From Squalus acanthias (Eukaryota), in the NCBI GenBank assembly GCA_030390025.1, contig CM059432.1:109928001-109992000 (forward strand): 64,000 nt of DNA, written 5' to 3'. A model generated the notes under the pieces. The model ran no database searches and was not told the origin of the DNA. It was given only the letters and a program-made list of their open reading frames with translations. Of the stretch, positions 12,795 through 25,787 are shown piece by piece; the stretch's first letter is position 1; each line of letters opens with the position of its first letter. The translations under genes and the position numbers were made by a program.

Positions 12795-13015
12795 TGCCTA
12801 GACCCTAAGCTCTAGAATTCCCTCCCTAAATCTCTCCACCTGTCTTTCCTCCTTTAAGACGCACCTTAAAACCTACCTCTTTGACCGAGCTTTTGGTCAT
12901 CTGCCCGAATTTCTCCTTATGTGGCTTGGTGCCAAAGTATTAGAAGACGAAAATTCTGAAGCGCCTTGGGACGTTTTGCTATGTTAAAGGTGCTATATAA
13001 ATACAAGTTGTTGCT
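12795..13015 (+). mobile_element. L2 LINE 3' tail
   Basis: CCCTAAGCTCTAGAATTCCCTCCCTAAA...AAAGGTGCTATATAAATACAAGTTGTTG, same as the other L2 ends. Confidence 0.8.
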
Positions 13016-13659
13016 GTAAACAAACTGAAATTAGTGAACGGTAAATTTAAACAATTCTTGGGCTGTTAACTACATTGAAGGCACAACACAAATCCAAATG
13101 ATGAACCGCTTCACTCAGTAAATTAAATTAACTAACTAGGCAGTGTACTAGAGGTAGAAATATTTGGGATACTCCGGAAACACCAGGCAGCTATAATGGG
13201 AGTGTTAGGGTACTAGAGATAGAGGTGCCAGACATTTTCTTATCCTTGACATTTATTAATGTTATCAAAGCTAGAACCCTAATATTCTGACTGTTAGATT
13301 TGAACATTTTTGAGCACACCCATAAATGCACAACCAAATCTGAATATTTCCCTTGAGCCCAGGGAAATCTACAGGCAAGTCATCCAAGGCTCTTATGCAG
13401 AGCAGGATTGGCAATCACTTGGGATGAAGTCACCTCAAACCTCTCAGAGGAGGGACACTGCATAGCATGAGGGTTAAAATAGAAAATAAAAGTTTGGGTA
13501 GAGAGGGGGGAAGGAGGAAAATAAGGCATATGCAGAAAACCTTAACAGTGGACTGGCGAAAATTTAAAAATGAAAGCTCTATCATCTCACAGAAACCATC
13601 TTAGCATGAAATTTCTATTCTTCACCACAAATAAAATTTTGCCATTCAGCATTAAGACT

Positions 13660-14302
13660 AACGTTGTCTGCAGCCCGAGTTCAATTCCGGGAATCAACTA
13701 GCTCTCCTAGAGCACGACATTCTTGCTGCATTACACATCGCATCGAGGCAGTCGCCTCTAAACCCATGCAACATTCAAGCTACGCCACCAAGTTGTGCGG
13801 AGACCATTTCAACCGACAATTAAAACTATTTTTACACAAACCAACGATGCGGATGACTCGAGGGTAGACTCATTTCGCAGCTACCTGACGCTTGCCTTTA
13901 ATCTGGGGTGTGGTTCCTATTGTAACTAGCGAGTGAACAAACCCGACCTCTGCAAATCGCTAACAGACAATAGCGCAATGCAAAGGGAGAAAAAATGTGT
14001 AGCTTGAAGTTGAAAGCCTCCTCCAATCAGATTTACGTCTATGAAACAATGTTTACAAATAAAGCAGCGTGTAAAGAAAACCTCACATCCAGGGTGCTGT
14101 TAAAATTAAGTTAGAGCCGCTAACATCCGCAGAAACCTTACCAGTTCGGGTTCAAAGCGCCATCAAAACATCTCGACGTCTTAACCTAGTTACACAGCAA
14201 AGTTAAACACGCCCTCTCAACCCACCCAGCCTTCTGTGGCCTGCAATATTGCAAATCCCTCGGCATCACGTTCGAGGAAAAAACACAGCTTTGTTTTAAA
14301 GT
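13660..14302 (-). promoter_or_regulatory. CpG-enriched unique segment, possible alternative promoter or first exon of a minus-strand transcript
   Basis: Locally elevated CpG in non-repetitive sequence; minus-strand donor CTG|GTAAGG at 14142/14141. Confidence 0.35.
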
Positions 14303-14447
14303 GGCCACGATGCGGAGATGCTGGTGTTGGACTGGGGTGGACAAAAGAGAGAAGTCGCACAACGTGAGAAAGGGGCAGCAGCTCCGAAAGCTTGTGATTT
14401 CAAATAAAACTGTTGGACTATAACCTGGTGTTGTGCGACTTCTCACT
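14303..14447. mobile_element. Short Penelope-derived inverted-repeat element (internally deleted hammerhead unit)
   Basis: Matches 30666-30880; flanked by 13-bp direct repeat TTTGTTTTAAAGT (14290-14302, 14448-14460). Confidence 0.8.
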
Positions 14448-14624
14448 TTTGTTTTAAAGTACAGCGACAGGGACTAGATGTCAAGGGGGCTCGACATGTA
14501 CAGTTAAAAAAAGTCAGCAAGAGACATCATGGTACAGAAGAAGTCTGATGTAACCAGCCAAATTCGAAAATCCACGTCAATAAACAGTGCAATAAATGTC
14601 ATGCCATATTCACAAGATATGGAT

Positions 14625-15615
14625 GAGGCACACCCAGCCCAGTCCACCTTGCAAAGTCCTCCTTTCTAACATCTGGGAACTTGTGCCAAAGTTGGGAGAT
14701 CTGTCCCATAGACGAATCAAGCAAAAACCTGACAGTCATACTCAGACACGTACCTAACAGCCAAAGTCCCAGACTCCATCGCCATCCCTGGGTATGTCCT
14801 GTCCTACAGGCAGGACACACCCACCAGAGGTGGCGGCACAGCGTTATACAGTCGGGAGGGAGTGGCCCTGGAAGTCCTCAACATTGACTCCGGACCCCAT
14901 GAAGTCTCTTGCCAGGGCACAGAACATACTCTGGGTGGGGGACTTCAATGCTCATCACCAAGAGTGGCTCGGTAGTACCACCACTGACGGAGTCGTGAAG
15001 GACATACCTGCCAGACTGGGCTTGTAGCAGGTGGAGAGAGAACCAACAGGAGGGAAAAACCTACTTGACTACGTCCTCATCAATCTAACTGTCCCTGACA
15101 GTATTGGTAGGAGTGACCACTGCACAGTGTTTGTGGAGATGAAGTCCCGTCTTCACACTGAGGACATCCTCCATGGTGTTGTGTGGCACTACCACCATCT
15201 AAATGGGATACATTCAGAACAGATCTAACAGCTCAAAACTGGGCATCCACAAGGTGCTGTGGGCCATCAGCAGCAGAATTGTCTTCCATCACAATCTGTA
15301 AGCTCACGGACCAGCATATCCTTCACTCCACCATTACCATCAAGCCAAGCGAACAACCCTGGTTCAATGAGGAGTGTAGAAGAGCATGCCAGGAGCAGCA
15401 CCAGGCATACCTGAAAGTGAGGTGAAGCTACAACACAGGACTACATGGGTGCTAAACAGGAGAAGGCCATAGACAGAGCTAAGCAACCCCACAACCAACA
15501 GCTCAGATCAAAGCACTGCAGTCTTGCCACATCCAGCTGTGAATGCTGGCAGACAATTAAAAAAAACAGGAGGAGGAGGCTCCATGAACATTCCTATGCT
15601 TAATGGTGGAGCCAA
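14625..15615 (+). mobile_element. CR1-like LINE family A, 5' part (continues at 18713)
   Basis: LWVGDFNAHH and IGRSDH motifs; breaks at ...GGTGGAGCCA and resumes with CACACGAGTGCAAAGAC at about 18712. Confidence 0.85.
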
Positions 15616-15623
15616 GAAATTAT

Positions 15624-18600
15624 TATTTTTTTTTTTAATTCGCTTATGGGATCTGGGCGTCGCTGGTAAGGCCAACATTTATTGCCCATCCCTAGTTGCC
15701 CTTGAGAAGGTGGTGAGCCGCCTTCTTGAACCGCTGCAGTCCGTGTGGTGATGGTACTCCCACAGTGCTGTTAGGTAGGGAGTTCCAGGATTTTGACCCA
15801 GCGACGATGAAGGATCGGCGATATACTTCTAAGTCAGGATGGTGTGTGACTTGGAGGGGAACTTGGAGGTGGTGGTGTTCCCATGCGCCTGCTGCCCTTG
15901 TCCTTCTCGGTGGAAGAGGTCGCGGGTTTGGGAGGTGCTGCCGAAGAAGCCTTGGCGCGTTGCTGCAGTGCATCTTGTAGATGGTATACACTGCAGCCAC
16001 GGTACGCCGGTGGTGGAGGGAGTGAATGTTTAAGGTGGTGGATGGGGTGCCAATCAAGCGGGCTGCTTTGTCCTGGATGGTGTCGAGCTTCTTGAGTGTT
16101 GTTGGAGCTGCACTCATCCAGGCAAATGGAAAGTATTCCATCACACTCCTTCCTTGTGCCTTGTAGATGGTGGAAAGGCTTTGGGGAGTCAGGAAGTAAT
16201 ACCTAGCCTCTGACCTGCTCTTGTTGCCACAGTATTTATGTGGCTGGTCCAGTTAAGTTTCTGGTCAGTGGTGACCCCCAGGATGTTGATAGTGGTGGAT
16301 TTGGCAATGGTAATGGTAATGCCATTGAATGTCAAGGGGAGGTGGTTAGACTCTCACTTGTTGGAGCTAGTCACTGCCTGGCACTTGTGACACAAATGTT
16401 ACCTGCCACTTATCAGCCCAAGCCTGAACGTCGTCCAGGTCTTGTTGCATGCGGGCATGGACTGCTTCATTATCTGAGGAGTTGCGAATGGCGCTGAACA
16501 CTGCAGTCATCAGCGAACATCCCCACTTCTGACCTTATGTTGGAGGGAAGGTCATTGATGAAGCAGCTGAAGATGGTTGGGTCTACGACACTGCCCTGAG
16601 GAACTCCTGCAGCAATGTCCTGGGGCTGTGATGATTGGCCTTCAACCACCACTACCATCTTCCTTTGTGCTAGGTATGACTCCAGCCAGTGGAGCGTTTT
16701 CCCCCCCCAATTCCCATTAACTTCAGTTTTACTAGGGCTCCTTGATGCCAGACTCGGTCAAATGCTGCCTTGATGTCAAGGGCAGTCACTCTCACCTCAC
16801 CTCTGGAATTCAGTTCCTTTGTCCATGTTTGGACCAAGGCTGTAATGAGGTCAGGAGCCGAGTGGTCTTGGCAGAACTGGGCCTCAGTGAGCAGGTTATT
16901 GGTGAGTAAGTGCCAGTTGATAGCACTGTCGATGACACTTTCCATCACTTTGCTGATGATTGAGTAGACTGATGGGGCAGTAATTGGCCAGATTGGATTT
17001 GTCCTGCTTTTTGTGGACAGGACATACCTGGGCAGTTTTCCACATTGTCGGATAGATGCCAGTGTTGTAGCTGTACTGGAACAGCTTGGCTAGAGGTGTG
17101 GCTAGCTCTGGCGCACAAGTCTTCAGCACTACAGCTGGGATGTTGTCAGGCGCCATTGCCTTTGCTGTATCCAGTGCACTCAGCCGTTTCTTGATATCAA
17201 CGTGGATTGAATTGAATTGGCTGAAGACTGACTTCTGTGATGGTGGGGACCTCGGGAGGAGGCCGAGGTGGATCTTCCACTCGGCACTCCTGACTGAGGT
17301 TGGTTTCAAGCACTTCAGCTTGTCTTTTGCACTCACGTGCTGGGCTCCACCATCATTGAGGATGGGGATATTCTTGGAGCCTCCTCCTCCCGTTAGTTGT
17401 TTAATGGTCCAAACCATTCACGACTGGATGTGGCAGGACTGCTGAGCTTTGATCTGATCCATTGATTGTGGAATTGCTTAGCCCTGTCTATAGCATGCGG
17501 CTTCCGCTTTTTAGCATGCATGTAGTCCTGTGTTGCAGCTTCCCCAGGTTGGCACCTCATTTTTAGGTACACCCGGTGCTGCTCCTGGCATGCTCTTCTA
17601 CACTCGTTGAACCAGGGTAGGTCCCCTGGCTTGGTGGTAATGGTAGAGTGAGGGATATGCTGGGCCATAAGGTTAGATTGTGGTGGAATACAATTCTGCT
17701 GCTGCTGATGGCCCACAGCACCTCATGGTTGCCCAGTTTTGAGCTGCTAGATCTGTTCTGAATCTATCCCATTTAGCACGGTGGTGGTGCCACACAACAC
17801 GATGGAGGGTGTCCTCAGTGTGAAGACGTGACTTCGTCTCCACGATGACTTGGTAGCAGTGGCCATCGCACAGTCATGGACAGATGCATCTGCGACAGGT
17901 AGATTGGTGAGGCCGAGGTCAAGTCGGTTTTTCCCTCATATTGGTTCACTCACCACCTGTCGCAGGCCCAGACTGGCAGATGTCCTTCAGGACTTGGCCA
18001 GCTCGGTCAGTAGTGGTGCTACCGAGCCACTCTTGGTGATGGACATTGAAGTCCCCCACCCAGAGTACATTCTGTGCCCTTGCTACTCTCAGTGCTTCTT
18101 CCAAGTGGTGTTCAACATGGAGGAATACTGATTCATCAGCTGAGGGCAGGCAGTAGGTGGTAATCAGCAGGAGGTTTCCTTGCCTATGCTTGACCTGAAG
18201 CCATGAGACTTCATGGGGTCCGGAGTCAATGTTGAGGACTCCCAGGGCCACTCCTTTCCGACTGTATACCACTGTGCCACCACCCCTGGTGGGTATGTCC
18301 TGCCGGTGGGACAGGACATACCCAGGGATGGTGATGGAGGAGTTTGGGACATTGGCTGAAAGGTATGATTGTGAGTATGACTGTGTCAGGCTGTTGCTTG
18401 ACTAGTCTGTGGGACAGCTCTCCCAATTTTGGCACAAGTCCCCAGATGTTGGTGAGGAGGACTTTGCAGGGTCGACTGGGCTGGGTGTGTCGTTGCCATG
18501 TCCGTAGCCGGTGCCGAGGTCGATGTTGGGTGGTCTGTCCGGTTTCATTCTTATTATTGTGTTTCGTAGCGGTTAGTTACAACTGAGTGACTTGCTAGGC

Positions 18601-18712
18601 CATTTCAGAGGGCAGTTAAGAGTCAACCACATTGCTGTGGGTCTGGAGTCACATATAGGCCAGACCAGGTAAGGACAGCAGATTTCCTTCCCTAAAAGGA
18701 CATTAGTGAACC
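15624..18712 (-). mobile_element. CR1-like LINE family A, younger near full-length copy nested in the plus copy
   Basis: Successive minus ORFs: APE (LWVGDFNVHH), RT (ALDIKAAFDRVWH, GVPQGS, MFADD), C-terminus; A-rich tail at 15624-15640; SINE-like 5' body 18580-18712. Confidence 0.92.
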
Positions 18713-20160
18713 ACACGAGTGCAAAGACAAGGCTGAAGCATTTGCAACCATCTTCAGCTAGATGTGCCAAGTGGATATTCTTTCTTGGCCTCCTCCCGAG
18801 GTCCCCATCACAGAAGGCAGTCTTCAGCCAATTCGATTCACTCCACGTGATATCAAGAAACAACTGACCGCACTGGACGAGGCTATGGGCCCCGACAACA
18901 TCCTGGCTGCAGTGCTGAAGACCTGTGCTCCAGAACTAGCCACACATCTAGCCAAGCTGTTCCAGTACAGCTACAAAGCTGGCATCTACCCAACAAAAGC
19001 AGGACAAATCCAATCTGGCCAATTATCACCCCATCAACCTACAATCAATCAGCAAAGTGAGGGCAGGTGTTAGCGACAATGCTATCAAGCGGCACTTACT
19101 CACCAATGCTGTTTGGCAAAGGAAGATGGTTGTGGTTATTGGAGGCTAATCACATCAGCCCCAGGACATCATTGTAGAGTTCCTCAGGGCAGTGTCCTTG
19201 ACCCAGCCATCTTCAGCTGCTTCATCAAGACCCTCGCCCCCCCCCACCCCCACCCCGTCATAAGGTCAGAAGTGGGGATGTTCGCTGATTGCACAGCATT
19301 CAGTTCCATTTGCAATTCCTCAGATAATGAAGCAGCCCATGCCCACATGCAGCAAGACCTGGACAACATCCAGACTTGGACTGAAGTGGTATGTAACAGT
19401 CATGCCACACAAATGCCAGGCAATGACCATCTCAAACAAGAGAGTCGAATCACCTCTTTACATTCAATAGCATTACCATCGTCGAATCCCAGACCATGAA
19501 CATCCTGGGAGTGACCACTGACCAGAAACTGAAATGGGCCAGCCACATAAACACTGTGGCTACAAGAGCAGGTCAGAGGCTAGTATTCTGCTGAGTGACT
19601 CATCTCCTGACTCCCCAAAGCCTTTCCATCACCTACAAGGCACAAGTCAGGAGTGTGAAGGAGTTGGGATGGGTGCAGCGCCAACAACACAAGAAGCTCA
19701 ACACCATCCAGGATATGGCAGTCCGCTCAATTAGCACCCCATCCACCACCTTAAAAATTCACTCCCTCCACCACCGGCACACCGTGGCTGCAGTTTGTAC
19801 CATCTACAAGATGCACTGCAGCAACTTGTAAGCCTTCTTCGACAGCAACTCCCAAACCCGCGATCTCTACCACCTAGAAGGACAAGGGCAATAGGTGCAT
19901 GGGAATACTACCAGCAACTCACCTCCAAATTCCCTTCCAAGTCACACACCATCCTGACTCAGACATATATTGCCATTCCTTAATTGTTGCTGGGTCAAAA
20001 TTCTGGAAGTTACTACCTAACAGCACTTTTGGAATCCCTTCACTAGATGGATTGCAGCACTTCAAGGCAGCAGCTCACCACTACCTTCTCAAGGGAAACT
20101 AGTGATGGGTAATAAATGCTGGCCTCACCAGTGTCACCCACATCCCATGAATGAATAAAA
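18713..20160 (+). mobile_element. CR1-like LINE family A, 3' part of the interrupted copy
   Basis: MGPDNI, VPQGSVL, GMFAD peptides; 3' tail GGGTAATAAATGCTGGCC...CCACATCCCATGAATGAATAAAA. Confidence 0.85.
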
Positions 20161-21489
20161 AAATTAAAAAACTTCATACTCTACATTGCACAAGGGAATA
20201 GGGGTTAGTTTGGAGACCAATAGAATAGAGTTTCAAAACCTGGGGACAGAAATCAATTTTAAAAAAGTAACAGAGTGGATACCACTACCAGCAAGGACTG
20301 ATACATCAACAAGAACTTTATTATAAACTCATTCATTCCACAGCCAGACCCCCTTCTCATTACCAGGTTTAAAATAGTTTAAGACAGAAACATGTTGAAC
20401 CAAAACAGAAAAATCTATTCTACATGTAGCAACAGAGTAAGATTAAAATCAAATGACTGCAGCTAGAGAACCACACGTTTACAGCTCAGAAGGAGCTCAT
20501 TCGGCCCATATCGACTTTTTTTTTTAAATGGAGTAATCAAATTAATCCCACCCCCCTGCTCCTGCCTCCACTTTAAAATGTTTGTGCATGATTCCCTTAA
20601 AAGATGCAATAGTCTCTGCTTCAACCACACCTTGTGGTAAAGCATTCCATTCTCCAACTTCCTGTGTAAAGAACTTTTTCTAACCTCTCCTCACAGCAAC
20701 TATTTTAAATTAATGACCCTCTCATCACAAACTCACCAATTAGAGGAAGCTGTCTTTTAGAGATCTAAATCTTGTCACTTCTACTACCATAGTCAAAAAA
20801 TTTCTGCATTCCTTCATAGACTTTCAGCAACACATTCTTTACAGTATTGTACCTTCATATTTGCTAAAAATTACACTAAAAGTGCTAGAGACACAAAATA
20901 AAGTCATATTTCAAATTTATAGAAGACTGGTAGGCTGCCAATTAAAATTCAACAGGCCTACCCATAAAATAGCTCAGCACCTGCTCCCAAAAGCAGTTGA
21001 CAAAAGACCTAGTATGCCATAATGATTTAACATTACTACCCCACTGAAAGTTTACAGGTGTTGGTCTGCTGTCTGACAATAACACCAGCCTCCATCTCTG
21101 CAGTATTCCTGGATAGTTGACTGGGCTGACAAGTCTTAGCAAAAAGTGTATTTTGTTTAAAAGTACTCACCTGATGTCCATAAGAGAAAACAAGTTCATT
21201 CAACATTGAAGAAATGTAATGTTATTTAAAACTCAGACCCACCATATTGTACCCAGCAGATTTCAAGACTCTAGCATCTCCCATCTCAATCTGAATTTCA
21301 ACCCCTTTAAAATGAAAAGAATTAGTCAAAGACAACCAGGGCTCTTCTCCATTAGTAACATTACAGGAACCATCAGGAGGCAATAAGACCTGACATGGAA
21401 AGTCTGTCTCCGCTGGGCTTTTTTAAAAACACATTAGGAAATGTATTTATAAATAAGATACTTTAAAATAGGCATCAGGGTGTACTTCA

Positions 21490-21955
21490 GAGTCATATAG
21501 CACAGAAGGCCATTCAGCCCATCATGCCTGTCAGCTCTTTGAAAGAGCTATCCAATTAGTCCCACTCCCATTCTCCATAGCACTGCCAATTTTTCCTTTT
21601 TAAATATATCAAATTTCTGTTTGAAAGTTACTGTTGAATCTTCTTCCACCACCCTTTCAGACAATGCATTCCAGATAATAACTCACTGCTCAAAACAATT
21701 CTCATCTCCCCCTGGCTTTTTTGCCAATTATCTTAAAAGTGTGTCCTCTGGTCCTGCCATTGGGAACAGTTTCACCCTATCTACTCGATCAAAAGCCCCC
21801 ATAACATTCCCTACTCTAAAAGGAGAACTTCTCTAGTCTCTCCACCTAACTGAAGTCCCTTGTAAATCTCTACAAGGCCTTGACAGCCCTCCTAAAATGT
21901 AATGCCCAGAATTGGACACAATACTCTACCTGAGGTCTAACCAGTGATTTGTAGT
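21490..21955 (-). mobile_element. Degenerate CR1 LINE 3' fragment (a similar weaker one at about 20460-20750)
   Basis: Reverse-complement match to the CR1 3' UTR at 59830-60268 (TGGGACTAATTGGATAGCTC). Confidence 0.65.
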
Positions 21956-22204
21956 TGGAACAAAAAAGTACTCCAACAAGCTTTCTTATAATTTGAGCAA
22001 ATCACCAAAATTTCAATTTGAAGTTTCACTTAACCTCCAGGAATAAACCAGAATTAGTACCAGCACAAGGGGAGGGGAGAAATCAAATAAATTCTCATCA
22101 AGAATTATTAGGATATGGAATGCATTACCACAAGCAGTTGTTCAATCCAAATTAATCACAGCCTTTAAAAGGAAATTAAACACCAAGAAAAATACCAAAC
22201 TGTA

Positions 22205-22535
22205 CAATCATCTTGGTTCAGTTGCTAACACCCTTCCTCAAGAGTCAGAATGTTGTTGAGTCAAGGACGTGAGCACATAATTTAGGCTGACAGTCCAGTT
22301 TAGGGCGGAGGGAGTGTTGCATTGAAGGGAGAGCCAGTCTGTGCCTTCTGGTGGATGTAAAAAAAAATCCCTGGGCACTATTTTAAAGAGGAGGAGGGGT
22401 GTCCAGCTAGTGAATTAGCCAACATTCATCCCTCAACAGATCAACTGATCATTCATCTCAGTTGATGCTACTTGTACCTTGCTGTATTCAAAGTGCCCGC
22501 CGACATACCGTGCTTCAAAATATAATTCAGTTAAC
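22205..22535 (+). mobile_element. Degenerate Deu-domain SINE
   Basis: Collinear similarity to 28344-28762 (GAGTCAGAA, TAGGCTGACA, GGTGGATGTAAAA, GCACTATTTT). Confidence 0.6.
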
Positions 22536-23760
22536 ATAAGAAATAGGAACAGGAATAAGCCACTTGGCCGCTCGAGCCTGCTCCGCCATTCAATAAGATC
22601 ATGGCGGATCTTGGGCTCAAAGCCACTTCCCTGCCTGTTCCCCATAACTCTTCGCTCCCTTATCTTGCAAAAATCTGTATCTCCACCTTAAATGTATTTA
22701 ATGACCCAGCCTCCATGGCTCTCGGGGGAAGAGAATTCCACAGATTTACAACCCTCAGAAGAAATTCCTTCTCATCTCAGTTCTAAAAGGGCAACCCTTT
22801 ATTCTAAAACTATGCCCCCCCTGCCCGAGTTCTAGATTTCCCCACGAGGGGAAACATCCTCTCTGCATCTACTTTGTAGAGCCCCCTCAGTATCTTATAT
22901 GTTTCAATAAGATCACCCCTCATTCTTCTAAACTCCAATGAGTATAGGCCCAACCTGCTCAACCTTTTTTAATAAGTCAACCCCCTCATCTCTGGAATTA
23001 ACTTAGTGAATCATCTCTGAACTGCCTCCAATGCAAGTATGTCCTTCCTTAAATAAGGAGACCAAAACTGTACGCAGTACTCAAGGTGTATCTCACCAAT
23101 ACCCTGTACAGTTGTAGGACTTCCCTGCTTTTATACTTCAACCCCCTTGCAATAAAGGCCAACATTCCATTTGCCTTTTTGATTACTTGCTGTACCTGCA
23201 TGCTACCTTTTTGTGTTTCATGCACAAGGACCCCCAGGTCCCTCTGAATTGTAGCATTTTGTAATCTCTCACCTTATCAAATGCCTTCTGGAAATCCAAA
23301 TACACCACATCCACTGGCTCACCTTTATCTACCCTGCTCGTTACATCCTCAAACAACTCCAGCAAATTTGTTAAACATGATTTCCCTTTCATAAAACCAT
23401 GCTGACTCTGCTTGACTGCATTATGATTTTCCAAATGCCCGACTACTGCTTCCTTAATGAAGGACTCCAGCATTTTCCCAATGACTGATGTTAGGCTAAC
23501 TGGTCTATAGTTCCTTGCTTTCTATCTCCCTCCTTTCTTAAATAGAGGTGTTACATTTGCAGTTTTCCAATTTGCTGGGACCTCTCCAGCATCCAAGGAA
23601 TTTTGGTATAGTGCAACCAATGCATCCACAATCTAGCAGCCACTTCTTTTAAGACCCTGGGATGCAGGCCATCTGGTCCAGGGGACTTGTCTTTTAGTCC
23701 CATTATTTTACCAAGTACTTTTTCTTTAGTGATAGTGATTGTCTTTAGTCCCCCCTCCCT
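22535..23760 (-). mobile_element. CR1 LINE 3' portion with internal deletion
   Basis: SQHGFMKGKSCLTNLL and VDVVYLDFQKAFDKV in ORF 23183..23473; CR1 3' UTR at 22535-22700. Confidence 0.9.
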
Positions 23761-24019
23761 CTGGCATTATCAGACACCCCAGGATAAAAAAAAATTGCAT
23801 TTATATAGTGCCTTTCATGGCCCCAGGACATCTCAATACACTTTACAGGCAATGAAGCACTTCTGAAGTATAGTCACTGTTGTAATAAGACTATAATATA
23901 TATATAAAAAAATAAATGGAAAGTCTTTTCATGGAGGGTTAAAAGAGAAGCTAAAATGGGATTACAGTAGGCAGCTGTGATGAGGAGCTGGCACTGGCAC
24001 CATGGGCCAAATGGCCTCA

Positions 24020-24610
24020 ACTCGCGCAAAAAGTGCTGAAAATGAAGGCAGCTCACTCGAGGGTGAACCCAGCTCCATGGAACTTGAAGGGCGGGGGATC
24101 TGCGGCTATTGAGGGATGCTGGCATCTACCTTCAGACAGCGCCCCGCACCATTGTACCTGGCCGGCCGGCCAGCCAGCCGGCTCCCACTGGAACTCCCAG
24201 CCCAGCCCGGCCCGGGAGAAGAGGGCAGGGGGCCGCGCGCACAGGGACCAACCGCCAGTCCGGAGACCGCTTCCTGTCTGCAGGCCGCAGCGGGCCAGGC
24301 AACATTGACTCACCGGTCGCTGTGCCGGAGGACTACGGCGGCTGCTGCTGACTGCAAGTCGCTCTTTCACCCCGCCCTCCCCTATCCCGCCCGGTCACTG
24401 TTAATATGGCGTCAAAGGGAGCGGCAGCGGTGATAGCGTCAAAGGGGAGGGGCATGACGGTGCCGCGACCTCACCGGAAATTGCGTCCCGAGGACGGGCA
24501 CTTCCGCCTCTTTACTGCCCGCCGCGCGTGAGGAGCGCAGAGCGGAGGGACACCTGCAGGCACTTGTAAAACTTTGGGGCTTGCAGTGGGCAGGAAGCAC
24601 CGAGTCGTTT
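24020..24610. promoter_or_regulatory. CpG island / probable housekeeping-type promoter
   Basis: Strongly GC- and CpG-rich unique sequence; GC boxes 24370-24377 and 24385-24392, YY1-like AATATGGCG 24403-24411, ETS-like CCGGAAAT 24474-24481 and CACTTCCGCC 24499-24508; minus-strand donors CCG|GTGAGT (24314/24313) and CCG|GTGAGG (24474/24473). Confidence 0.75.
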
Positions 24611-25410
24611 TGTTGCCGTCTGTATTTTAGGGAACTAACCTCATGCCTTCCTGTCAGATCTCTTTTACCTGGAGTTGGGAGGGGCGGACAGACTGGTGCT
24701 TCGGGTGGGCACCTATAAAACCCTGGTGGGTGGGCTTCACCCTTGGTGTTGACCTAGTTTTTATTCTACCAGGCTGCTGGTGCCTGTTCTGCTTTGCACA
24801 TTTTCCTGCTTCCATTTCTGCCTGCCTCATCCCCTACCCCCTGAGCAATTTGCATGTTCTTTGTGTCTCCTGTATACGTTTTTTCTCATTCTGACTCCTA
24901 TTGCCTTGTGTTAATGTCAATTCAGCCATTAAATCATCACATTTTTGCACTCAAAGGGGCCTAAATTCAATGCGGAGAAGGCCAAAAAGGCTTTGTCCTG
25001 TGCTAAAAGTTTGTACATTTCTGTGCTGCATTCGACATACCGATCATATATTAAATTTGTACATGGAGAAACATTTCTTTGAGAACTCATTGTGTCTGCA
25101 GTACCTGTTACTCCTGTCTTTTAATGCTTCAATTAAAGTTTTTACTTGAAGGCCTTAGCTTCTCCCAAAAGCCTGGGCTTGGACAAATACCATATATCCC
25201 ATTGGTGCATCTTGCTGTGTATTCTCAGCTGTAAAAATAGTAAAGGATCAATATCAAATACACATATAAAATATAAAGGCAACTCATTTACAGTTTTCAC
25301 AGAATAATCGACAGAATTCTGAAAGTCAATTCTCAAAGCAGCAGTAAAACACCAGAATACGTTTAATAAAAATTGAATTTAACTTATTCAGTCATGTAAA
25401 TCAATAATAA

Positions 25411-25505
25411 CAACAGAAAATGCTGGAAACACTCAGCAGGCCAGGCAGCATCCGTAGAGCGAGAAACAGAGTTAACATTTCAGGTCTGGGACCCTTTGTG
25501 AGAAA
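25411..25505 (-). mobile_element. Penelope-derived terminal-repeat relic with decayed hammerhead
   Basis: Minus strand TTCTCACAAAGGGTCCCAGACCTGAAATGTTAACTCTG...GATGCTGCC...TTCCAGCATTTTCTG; similar relic at about 11910-12005. Confidence 0.6.
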
Positions 25506-25787
25506 CACCTTGGGAGGCGTACTAATTATATATTACAAATGGAAGGTAGGACACGATATTCCATTCAGTACCTATTATGCAGGTAGGTGATAAGGGATTT
25601 TAATGTTAATTTTCACCTAATGTATGTTACCTGTTACAAAAATAGCTGCAACAGTGCACTGGTGGTTTGCGTTCTAATGCAGTTGCACACCCTGGCCACC
25701 GGGTGCTTTTGTACTAATGTCCCTAATCCATTCCATAGGCTCAGTAGATTCTGCTGAGTATCTTTCATTTTGGAAGGCTAAAGTAGT

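Noticed and set aside
24033..24433. Several overlapping ORFs in the CpG island
   Set aside because: Expected by-product of high GC content; no recognisable protein motifs
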